Source: Raillietiella orientalis | Taxonomy: Eukaryota | Length of the DNA stretch: 64,000 nucleotides | NCBI GenBank assembly: GCA_036172245.1 | Contig: JAYWIR010000020.1 | Location: forward strand, 1,550,001-1,614,000 | Direction: 5' to 3' | Shown: positions 25,541 through 36,449 of the stretch, one piece after another | Layout of the letters: each line of letters begins with the position of its first letter | Numbering within the stretch: position 1 is the stretch's first letter | Made by a program: the position numbers and the translations under genes | The notes under the pieces: model-generated | The model's input: the letters and a program-made list of their open reading frames with translations, nothing else | Database searches by the model: none | Told to the model about the DNA's origin: nothing

Positions 25541-26363
25541 ATCTTCCCGATCCCCTAAGGCGATAGAAATCCCTTTGGGGTTCTTCCGTTTCCGCTGCTT
25601 TCCTTCCAGCTTTCTTCTTTTTTTTTTTTTTTTTTTCCTTCTTCTTTTTGGTTTCGCCGAGTGCTGAATAACTGTCTACCTCCTTAGGGTGTCCTCGCAG
25701 AGCTCTTTATAGCGCTATCTGCGCCGTCTGAACGTACAACTCTTTAAGTCAGGGAGTGACCCCGTAGGGACCACCCTATAAATCCAGGAAGGCTCCGGAA
25801 AAAGGAGTCCGTTCCTCTCTTACTTGGGAAGGAACCCCGAAGGGAACCTCTTCCTTATTCTCTCCGGAGGGACCCTCAGAGGGGGCCGCTCCATTGATTC
25901 TTCTCCAGAGGGAACCTGGAAAGGATCCGCTCCTGGAATTTTCTCCTCCGGAGGGACCCCTCAAGGGGACCCGCTCCTCTTTTTTTCCTCTCGGAAGGGA
26001 ACCTCGGAGGGACACTTCCCATTTTCTCTGAAAGTCGTTCCCCGAAGGGAGCAGTGTGTTTCTTGAACTCTGGAGAGGCGACCCCCTGAAGGAGGGTATC
26101 AACTAGCTCCATGGAACGTGATGGAGGGTCTCCCCTCGGAGGAACGTTCCATGGACCCGAGGGAAAGGAGACCCCCTTTTCAGGGGAACCCCGAAAGGCC
26201 CCTTGACCCCTGGAAGGACCTCGGAGGGACAACTTCCAATCCCAGTCAGTCAAAGAGGACTGCCAGCTTCCTCAACGCACCCTCCGTTCTCTGAATCGAT
26301 CCTCCGCGTGCTGTGGATTTGAACCTGGGACGCTCGGTACCGCGCGCGCAGAGCCAACGCGGG
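25541..26363 (-). mobile_element. tRNA-headed SINE-like element, copy A (823 bp)
   Basis: B-box ggttcaaatcc (minus, 26315-26325); head starts cccgcgttggc; body of ctccggagggaccc/gaagggaacc subrepeats; A-rich tract and 3' block shared with copies B and C. Confidence 0.75.
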
Positions 26364-26999
26364 ATCGAAGATGAGTGCACAACAGTGCACGCAGCTGTCC
26401 GCCTGCTCCGGAGATTTCCTGCAGCTTCAATTCGGATCACTTTCGCGAGTGGGCGGATCGCAGTTTGCCGAGGCGGCCTCCGAGCGACGCGGTCGACCCA
26501 CGCACCCGATGCAGGGGGAACGGGAAAAAGACGCAACCTGTGGAAGGATCATGGAAGTTCACCTTTCTCCCTGGTTCGCCAGCAATCGACGTCACCATCC
26601 CCGGGAAACAAAGGGAGCGGCGGTCTGCCGCGCAAACTTGGCGCCGGAGAGGCAGCACCCGGCAGTGATGGCGTGAGAAGGGCGGTCGCCGTTGCCAGAA
26701 AAAAAAAAAAAATAATTGATGGCACCGGAAAGGCAAACAGACCTTCGCCGCCGCCCCGGTCTCCATGGGAACTCACGCCACGATGTGCGGCCAAAATGCT
26801 CGAGAAACAAACGCGTGTGTTGGAAACGACCGCGTCCAGCAGCACTCGAGGCAGAGCGGTCAGGAGTTCACCGAAAGCCTTTTTCTTGACTCGCTGCCCC
26901 CGGCCACTCTGGTGGGCATTGGATCGGAATCCGCGCTGCGGCGCGTCCGGACGAAGGAACAGCCGAGCTCATGCTGCAAAGGACCATCGTGGTTTGCAG

Positions 27000-28250
27000 T
27001 TGTTGCCCGCAACCGGTTGACACGCGTTTGGTTCCGCGTCTTCCTGTTGCCTTTCCAGGTGTGTCACCAATCTGAAACTTGAACACATGTACACCGATTG
27101 TACAACACAGGATTGTATCTCCTCCAAGCACTCCCAAAAGTCTATAGTAAAAGAAAGAAATTGAGATCCTCTCGTGTTTTCTCGTGTTCTTCTTCTGGAC
27201 GAAGAGATCGATCAAGGACGAGACGTGGACGAGGCTGTTCTCCAAGCCTGAGTTCTCACACTGGGAACGTAAGCAGCAAAAGATCGTTGCGGAGACGTCA
27301 GAGCCTCCCTTCTCTGCGGGTCAAAGGCGAACCGAATGCTCCTGCGGAGTGCCTGGGGCTTGGGAGAAAAAATGCTGCAGGGACTCTCCTGACCCTCGCA
27401 GCCTCCAGCCCGATTCCGCTTGCTGCTTCTTAGTTTGCTGCAGGAGGTTCTGACGCGTTCGTCCCTTCTTGTGGTCCACTTGCGGCTCCAGCAATCACCA
27501 GCGCCCTTCGTCGGCACGAAACCCCAGCAGAGACATTGACATCGGGTGATGTTGGCTGCTGCTCCGAGCTGTACCCTGAAGCTCTCTTCCTCAAGATACA
27601 GTCGTCCTAGAGAGCACGAAGGATTGGGTGCTGCAGAAGCGATTCCCTTGCGTAGGATGAGCGCCCATCCTGCTGCGCTCGGAGCTTGACCGCCTTGTCA
27701 AGAGCTGCCTTCTCCCTCGGCCCGCCTTTGATTCGAGATAAAAGTGGAGATAGAGAGTAGCAACTCAGCATGCCAAAGAAAGGAAGAAGGTGAAGAGGTA
27801 AGCGCTGGTCCCTCTAGATGGGCAGGAGGAAGAAGGCTTATTTTTGGACCTCACGTTGACCGGGACATTGGAGGCTAGTCCGTCTTCGGGAGATCTTTCT
27901 GGAAGTGAGGTCTGGATATCATAGCACACGACCTCCCTTGTCCTCCTCAACGAAGAGGCGTCCGTAGCGCATGGGTTCCCTGCGGGCAGAAAGGGTCAAG
28001 ACCAGTCGATGGCTTGCTGTCCTCTCTCGGAAAGGTCGTTCCAGCAACACAGAGCGAGAAGCTCAGAGGATGAAAGAGCATTTCTTTCGCGACTCCCGAG
28101 GTGGAGCAAGGAGATCGTAAGGGAAGAGGAAGCACAGCTCGAATGGGAGGCTTTCCTCCACTGGCAGTCCTCCGGCCTGAGCCATCGATTTCTCCAGGAG
28201 TCTCCTCGTCTGAATACAGAGGAGCCTTTCAGTGGGGCTAGCGAAAAGGG
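27000..28250 (-). mobile_element. Degenerate gypsy integrase relic
   Basis: SNVPVNVRSKNKP (GVPEVVRSDNGP), SPLLSRIKG (SPxYPQSNG) and SGYSSEQQ (NGYSPAEL) in the expected order. Confidence 0.35.
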
Positions 28251-28749
28251 CTAGCGGGAGGGAGGGAACGATCTGGGTCGCTCTTCCGGGACGCGGTAAA
28301 CTCAATGGCACCAGAAAAAATGGCTAGGAAGAAGTCCCCTCGAGGCGGGGATCGAAGGCCGCCCAAAAAAGTTCGCCTCACACGCGGCGAACTCCGTGAG
28401 CTTCTTCCCCTGCGGTGCTCTTCAGGCGCAGACGGCAGTAAGTCTTCCCGTGCGATTCCGCCTCCGGGCTTCCCGGTTCTCCTCTTGCAGCTCGGCAGCC
28501 GGCGGCTGCACAGTCAGGGCATCCCTCCGCGTCGTCCCAGGTAGCCTCCTCCGTCCAAGGCGACCGACGCGTTGCTGGTTGTCTCCCTGTCGCGCAGTCC
28601 CGCGCTCCTGGTCCTCAGATTTCCTTGCAGTCCTCTGGCCGACGTGGTTCCCGCCAGGAAACTAAAGCTGTGCCTTCGCAGAGCAGGAGAAAAAGGGGTA
28701 GCGTGGGTGGCACCCGAGGTGCGACGCGTTTCCGAAGGCGTGGAATGTG

Positions 28750-29950
28750 AGAACTCCGCCACCCTTCGTTGCTTCCCCCTCCTCCCTGGCAGGCGTAACT
28801 CCCTGGTGACACAGAGAGGCACGAAGGTCCAAGGAGATGGGAAATGCTCGAAGGACCGGCTGGCTGGAAGGGTCGCCCCCCTGGGGACTTTGTTTACAAG
28901 ACGTTGCATCCTTCCCTGCCGCTCAGAAGTGAGCGCTGAGGAGATAGGCGACCCTTCGAGAGGGAGATGTCTCCGCACTACTGAGCTCCCCCCCTGCCAG
29001 CAGCAAAAGGGAGTTTCCCTTTTCCTTCGGGAAATTCGGGAGGGTAATGAGGAATTCGGACAAATCAAAGGGGCCCCAGCAGCAGGATTTACGGCCCGAA
29101 AGCGGCCAAATCGGAAGGTGCTGTCTCCTGGAGACGGCTGGCGGGAGGTTCTCCTCGATCTGATACGGCAGCCCGGCGATCCTTGGAAGACCGCCTCAGA
29201 ATACCAGAGAGAGATCCAGTCTCGGCCGGAAGTCTCCTCTCCCGCGACCTTCCGAGCCCCACCTCCACGGCAACATGTACCTGCAAGAGCTCGTTCCATC
29301 CGGGTTGCTGGGGAAAGGGTGGGAGGAACAGAACCGGCGGATCCATCTCGAAATCAACATCCGGCCTCTCAGCAACGGCCTTCTTGACCGAGAGGACGCC
29401 TTCCGCAACCCTGGAAGCTCCGAAAGCGCGGCATCGAAGGAGGAAAGGTTCCCCGCCGGGTCGCTAGGAGACGCATGCGCCCCCTTCGTACGCGCGAGTC
29501 TCAAGGGCGCCTCCCTTGAGCGCCTGCCAAAAGCGTCAAAAAGCATGACGCCGGGAGAAAGAGCGGAAGAAGTCGGATCAGCCCTCCGTCCTTCCAAGGC
29601 GAATCGGAAACCCGAAGCACCAGAGAGGAGGAAGAGGAGCAGCTGCAGGCACCGGATCTCGCTGGAACGCCAGCATCCCTTACCGTGAAAGCTGTGCGGG
29701 AGCGCAGCGGGGGCACGAGACCGCGAGACAGGGAAAGGACGGAGAGGCGCGTCGTTCGCCTTGAAACCGATATGATCCGACCGGGAACGGTGTGGTGGAA
29801 ATGCCCTGACGGTGTGGCCCCCGGGATGCAAGAAAAGAACCGGGAAGTCCGGCGGTGGAACCGCACGGGAAGACTTACCGCCTTCTACTCTTGAAGAGCA
29901 CCGCGGAGGAAGAAGCTCTTGGAGTTCGCTGCGTGTGAAGCGAGTCTGGG
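28750..29950 (+). mobile_element. Degenerate gypsy protease-RT start, followed by an integrase 3' end
   Basis: RVAPLGTL; NEEFGQIKG..FTARKRPNRK (EELGTIKGFTAKLxxKPNAKP); HLEINIRPL..EDAF (LEIDQYPLPxxEDLF); later IRPGTVW..NREVRRWNR (WxPGTV..GRxxRRNR). Confidence 0.5.
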
Positions 29951-30376
29951 AGCCGAAGATCACGATGCACTGGGAGAGTCCAAAGGGAGCCGGGAAGATC
30001 GAGTTGTGGAGGAAGGGGTGGCTTCTCAGGTCGTGGGGTGGGTCGGCGCCGCTCCAGCGGCAGGCGAGAAGAGGAGGAATTTGCGCTGCTCGCAGAAGAA
30101 TCGGGATCCTGCGGAATACTTGGGTTGGAGGGTCATCGTCGTCGTCGTCTTCCTTGTGGTCCCTCCTGCGGGATGCGAGCCGTCGGAGAAGCCACGTGGA
30201 CGGTCGGTCGCCACGGAAGGAAAGGCCACCATCCCCACACCATCCGCGCGCTTTTCCGGATGCGCGGAGAGGACGCTTGCGGGAAAGACTGGCTGGCTGT
30301 CGATCCTCATCGGTTGCTGAATCTGGAAAGATGGGCTCGCGACGGGCGGGAGCGAATCTCCACGCTTGCGTCCGCG

Positions 30377-30720
30377 TCTGGAGTTTCAAAGACACCCCTC
30401 GAGGGGGGTACAAACAGCCCTATGGTATGAGGTGGAAGGACTTCCCTTCTCCCCCTTCGAGGGAGAACGGCTGCATTTTCACACGACCGGAGAGGAACCC
30501 CGGACTCCTCGACTCCCGGAAGGAACCCTGGAGAGTCCATTTATAATCCGTCCATTCAACGGGGGAGCAACCTTCCGGTTTCCAGCTTCTACCGGTGCCG
30601 CACCCGAAGCCTCCAAAGCCAACGAGAGTCGTGCTGCGGCAGGGGGAAGGGGGATTCGCAATCCACGACGCACCATCCGTTCCCGGCGGATTCCGCAGCT
30701 GCACGTCCGCCAGCGCGGGC
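30377..30720 (-). mobile_element. tRNA-headed SINE-like element, 3'-truncated copy E
   Basis: acccctcgaggggggta and gaccggagaggaaccccggactcctcgactcccggaagga match 44808-44850 and 26080-26220; head gcccgcgctggcgg..ggattgcgaatcc on the minus strand. Confidence 0.6.
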
Positions 30721-33199
30721 ACGTCGGGGTGGAGGCGGCGGAGTGCGGGGGAGGGTGCGGCTTCGTCCCCCTCCTCCTCCCTTCTCTTCGAAGCTGGGGT
30801 GGGCGGAGGGTGGGCGGGCGGGAAGCTTCCGCCGCGCCCCCTCGAGCTGCGAGCCGCCCGACCTTCTGGGGAGATGCGGCGGCGGCACCCCCGCCAGCCC
30901 GACGCATCCGCCATTTTCGCGTTTCATAGTACGTGGCTCGCGGGCGTGACCCGGCATCGCTGCCTGATCTTTACGTGGGCGCTCATGCAATGCTCTCCGT
31001 GCGCGGCGACGTGCGTCGGGGATTTCCCCCCGGAATTCGCAACGAGGGAGATCATTGGTCAATCCCGGATCCCGCACCGGGCGAAGCCTTCCGCTCCTCC
31101 CCTTTCCCCCCGTGCTCCCGGATGCCTCCCGTCTTGTTCCCCGACACTTTGCTTTTTACGTCTTCCCCTGAAAATTACCTGCATTAGGTGCCACTCATTA
31201 GGATAAAAGCAAATTGGGGAAGCTGCGCATCTCCGAGAGCACGTAACCATGCATAATGAGCCCCGATAAGCTCCTCCGTAGCAACCGAAGTGGTCCAGGC
31301 GAATGTGTTCCGTGTCAAGGAGGTCTAAACCCGCTGAGTTTCCCAACAGCCCGTCAAGATGGATCGCTGAAAGCGTCCTTTACGGGAGCATCCCATTTGC
31401 ATTTTTCCCCCTCTGGGGGAAACGAGATGGCTGGCAGAGAGAGTCCCGGCCGAGCGGGACCGGGAAGCAGACATTCCCGATGATTAGCGCGCCCGCGTAC
31501 GTGAAAACGAAAGTTCCTCGGGTCGGGAGGAAGGCGATAAACAAAAAAAAGTAAACAGGGCGGCGGGAAGCAGCCCACTAGCCGAAATTCACTTCCACAT
31601 CGCGATGATCTTCCCTCCTCCCACTTCCCGGTCCCTCCTTCCATGGGACGAAAACTCACAGACGTGCGCACACAGGAGAACTCATTTCCTTGCCTTCAGG
31701 GGGAGGGTTCGGCGCCTCGAAAGTGCTGGAGGGCGATGGCGATGGTTGGGGTGGGGATCGGAGTGAGGGAAACGATAGGCGGCAATCAGGAAGCTCCTGC
31801 CGGAAGAGGAGGCCACCTCTTCCTCCAGCCGGAAGGCGGTCTGGAGAGCATGGCCCCACCCGGGGATCAAAAATGAATGATCTGTTTCATTCCTGGAGAC
31901 GCCGCCCGAGCACGGCGATCGTTCGACGGACTCTCACTGGAACGCCGCCGCGTGCAGCCGTGCCTCTTCGAGGGGCGCGGCTCCGCTGCCGTTGCTTGGG
32001 AACCACGGGCGGGGTTCTGGAGGGGGCTCGCGGAGGAGCGGGGCGGGAAGAAGGGGGGAGGGAAGAAAAGAGTCTCAGAGCTCTCCTCCTGCTCTCGGGA
32101 GCCTGGAACGCTGCCGCCTCCCCCCTCGCTCATGTCGCAGCAGCAGCGGCAGAGCGGCATTTCGGGTCCTTGGCGCCGCGAACGACTCCCTTTCGGGAAC
32201 GGGGAGGGGAAGGAGCGAAGGAAAGAGGAGGAGGACGACAAAATTCTGAATTCCGACCGCCTGAGGAGATCTTTATCCGGATCCGAGGGCAACTTCCGAA
32301 GCAGTGGGCACGGGAGGAAGCGAACGGCAGGGAGGAACGCGGGCGACAGCCGCCCAACGGAGCAGGAAGGGCAGTCTGTCAGCTACATCTGGAAGGGTAC
32401 GCTCGCAGCCCTCCTGCCGCCTCCTAGAGAACCCGGTGGTCCCCTCCGACCGGGGAAGTCATAAGCGGAGGCAGGGAGGAGGAGGAGGAGGAGTCTTGCG
32501 GACGCGAGCAACAGCGCCCCCTGTAAGCTGCCTTGAAAAAAGAAAAGAGAAGGAGGAAGAAAAAGAAGGAAAAAAAATGCATCTTGTCATCGGAGATCGC
32601 AGGCACATGTCGCTCTCGGAAAGATCAAGAGAAAGGAGAGAAGGAGGAAGCAAGGAGCAGATTATTTATGCATCTTCCGCGGGCGGCTATCTTGCTCGCA
32701 CACGCGGGGGAGAGAACCCGCGTGTAATTTATCGATTTACACAGCGGATCAGCAGACACTTCGCCAGGAGATGGACGCCTCTGATTGCCTGTCAAATCCA
32801 AATCAAGGGCCGGTCACTGCGGGGCAGGAAGCAGCAAGGGCCGCGAGACGTCGGGAGGAAAACGGCGCTGCGACAGCCCCGACCGAAAGCGCCACAGGTG
32901 GAGAGGGGAGGAGTCGCCTCGGCGGTCCGAATCGGAAAGCTCCCCAGTCGGCCCACCCTGGAGCGTCCGCAGGAAGGGTGAGCGCGCGGCGGTCCGTGCC
33001 GAGGTGCGTGTGCGCGGAAGCGGGACCGAGGTGGTGTGCGCTTCCGGCGGGAGACGGGTTCAGCTGCATCCTGAAGTCGGAAGAAAGGGAGGGGTTGGGG
33101 GTGAGAGTGGGTGGGTTCCTCACGAGATGGAAAAAATCAGGGTGGTGGTGGTGGTGACCCGTGACAATCGAACCGCGTGTTGCACATGCTCGGGGAGCT

Positions 33200-33730
33200 C
33201 GGCCTCGCTCCGCTGCGTCCGCGCTGGATGCCATCTCGTGGAAAAGCGGGGAACTTCGGATCTCCCGCACCGAGGAAAATCTGCCCGCGAAATCCCCATG
33301 CCTCCCTGGAGGATCAATAGTAGCAAAAGGAAGGCCATTGAGGGGACTGCCGGAAGCAACACAGCATCCTGCATCCCTGAGTGTCACGACCCGGGATTTG
33401 GAGTGAGCGGAGGCGGCGGTCGATGCACCTCGCCCGCGGCGCTGCACAAGAGGGTGTGCCCCCGTTCCAGAAAACGCCAACTCCACCCGATCTTCCGTTC
33501 GAAGCAAGTCGCATTCGGAACAGGACTCCGGGATAAGAGGGCGCAGATTTCAGGGTCGATCCCGGAGCAGCGGAAGCACTCTCCGGCCTTCAGAAGCAGC
33601 AGCAGCGGTGGGAACAGATGTTGTCTCCCTGGAAACAGCCGGATTTCATCCGAGCAAGTCTCGGAGGAAATACGACGACCTTCCCTGTCACCCAACTTTG
33701 TGGAGCCTGGAAGGTTGCGAGGCGTTGCCA
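33200..33730 (-). mobile_element. Degenerate gypsy gag zinc knuckle and protease start
   Basis: GECFRCSG....C......PNATCFERKIG resembles CYRCGxxH...CPAxNATCxxCxKIGH; followed by LNGLPFATIDPPG (NGxPxxxxIDTGA). Confidence 0.5.
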
Positions 33731-36449
33731 TAGGGTAGGCGAGCTGCGTTTCCTTCCCGGAAAGAGTGGACTTAGGGTGAAGGAAGGGGTCCCGGAAGAA
33801 GAACGTGACCTCGTCTCAAGCCCGGCGACAGCCACACCGAGCGTCTGCTCAGGAGCGCGTGCGAGCACGAGCTCTCTGCGTCTGTCTAGGGCGAGACTTC
33901 CTCGGTAGCCTCCGGCGCGATGCCACAGCGGCAGCGGTGAGCGGCTGCCCGTGCGAGCGTGAAGAAGGGGGGGTAGGAGAAGAGAGGGGGGTGGAAGGGT
34001 GGAGAAAGCGTCCGGAATGCCTCCTCTCCCTCCTCATTTCCCTTTTGACCATCGTCCGAGGCTCCTGGACCACCTCGCTCGCGTTGCCTGATTCAGATCG
34101 CTTTGCTGTCATGGAGACTCTTTCGACGAGGGCGCGCGCACGAAAACGGGCAGCACGCCGAGCACCGTCGTGCAGCACGGACAGGGGGGGAATCTTCAGA
34201 GCCAAGAAACCTCCTGTTGCCAGTGGCGACAGGAGTTTTTGCTTTTCCTCGAGGTCCGCAGCGTCGGCAGCGGTCGTCTCCAGGTCGCGCGCACACGCGT
34301 GTGAGTGTCCAGGAGTGACTTCTCTCTACCTTCTTCCCTTCCTCCTGCCCTTCCCTCTGGAAGAGTCTCGAACAAAGGACCGGGAACGGCATCCCGAAAG
34401 GCGACCAAAAAACGTGGACGGCGATGCCGAGCCTGCGGCGTCTTCTCCGCCAGATCTTCCCGGTGTGCTTCCAGCCTTCCGCCCAACCTCCGGATCATCC
34501 AGACCAGGGCCCCTCTCCGGCAAGAGGGCGAGCAGAACGGATCTGGGATTGTCCCCGGGGTCAGATTGCAGCTGGAAAATGGGTGACGTCGTGGAAAAAG
34601 ACTCCGATCTCCGTGACGACCAGGATGTCCACTTCGGAGACTCCAGGAGCGCCTCAGTGGCACCGCCGATTGCAGGGAGCCTCCGTCGCCTCTCCAGGTG
34701 GAAGGAGAGGGAGAGAGAAGAGGGATCCTCTTTTTAGGGAAACCATTAGGGATGACCTTCGACGGAACCGTCCCTCCCGCGGAGGGATGGCGAGGCAAGC
34801 GCCCAGGGTACCAATGGAGACCCCTCAGCCCTCGGATCCGGGATCCAAGGGCGATCTCCTCGGAAGGTCACCGGGCAGATCTGGTCGCGAGGATGGGAGT
34901 CCGAGATCCGCGGGCGGGAATATTCATCCGATCCAGGCGGTGAAGCTTTTCCCTCCCAGAAAGCGGTGCATTCGGTGAAGACGCAAACCGCAGATGCGGA
35001 GGTGAAGCGGTTCGTCCCTTCGCGCCCACCCCGAAGGCGGCGGCCTCGCGGCGGCAGCTCACTCGAGTGGTTGGGGTGGAAGGGAGGTGCAGCTCCGGTT
35101 GGGACCACCACCCCACCCCACCCCGCCCCGCCCCTTCCCCAATATATCACCGGACTCTGCCACGTCGGAGACAGCCGAAGGAGAAAAGGGGAAGTCCTGT
35201 TAGAGAACCGCCTCCGCCATGGTGGCTCCGGAGGAAAGATCCCGAAGGTAGTGGAGGTGTCTCCCCCCAGGCGTTCTTCAGACCTCCTCCACAGTCTGGT
35301 ACCCCTCGGGGCACCGCCGTCGTCGAGCTCCCTCCCTTTGGTTCATCACGGAGAGACCTCCCGGCTGACCCCCAGAAGGGGATGGCTTTAACTCTCAGTC
35401 TCCGTTTTCACCCTTCACCTCTCGTCCTGATTTCTGGCAGAAGAGAGAGAGGGAGATGACTCCAGATTTCCCTACCACCCACCTGACCCCGTGCGGGAAA
35501 GGGAAACGAGGATGACAGGCCTTAAATGAGGGCAGCGCTCCTTGACGAAAGAGTTCCTCCTCTCTTTTTTCTCTTCCTCCCCCTCCCCCTCCTACCTTCA
35601 CCCTCCTCCCCACGCTGCTTGGTTTGTCCTCCCTCACTCCCGTTCCGTCTTTTCTTCCCAGTTTTACGTGAAAGGGAGACGCGAGCAACCCTTGTGGGCT
35701 GGCTCACCCTCTCCTTTCTTTAATGGCTTGCCCTCTTCCTCCTCGAGGCTCTATAAATCAGTGGGAGTTCCTGAAGCGCGCCCTCGAGGACAACGGCGGA
35801 GTTCGCGCGCTGGTTCGTTGCCGCCTCGTTCTATGAGAGGCTCCCTCCCCTCCCCTTCCCCTCTCCCTCTTTGCCAGCGGACCTCCCAGCTGACCGTCTT
35901 CTCACCAGCAGGAGATGAGGCGCGCGAGCGCGGAGCCGGCGGCGACGCTGCGGCGTCGAGACGAAGAGTAGCGGAGGCGGGGCAGAGGGAGGGAATGGCG
36001 GACCCCGAATGAGGAAGAATGATGGGCCAGGAGGGATGAAGAAGTGGCTTTGGGGGACGCGCAAAGGAATCTGAAGAGGGGGAGTGGGAGGGCGTTGTGG
36101 AAGGAGTGGGTTGAGGTCGATGAGTGAGGGGTTGGCTCTCCCAAACGGCCTTTACTTATCTCGAGCAGGAAACCTCAAAGAGAGGGACAAGGATGGGCCG
36201 AGGGGCTTCTTCTCGGGGTCCGTACCCCTTTATTGCCACAGTGTTGGTTCTCCGCCTCCCGTTTGCTCTCCCTTCGCTCCCATCCACACGCTCCCCATCC
36301 GAGCTGCCTGAAAAGGACGGTAGTGAGGAGTCGTGAGATCCCTCAGGGACTCGCGGGATGAGTCGAAGGTGAGTCACAGAAAGCCCAGTGGAACACACAT
36401 CGGACGGTGTTGGTTTCCAGGGGCGACTGCGGACGGCATCCGCCAAGCC

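Noticed and set aside
26868..27245. Rab-like snippet TIGVHVFKFQIGDTPG
   Set aside because: No P-loop or NKxD motif, wrong spacing, no exon structure; lies at the tail of an integrase relic.
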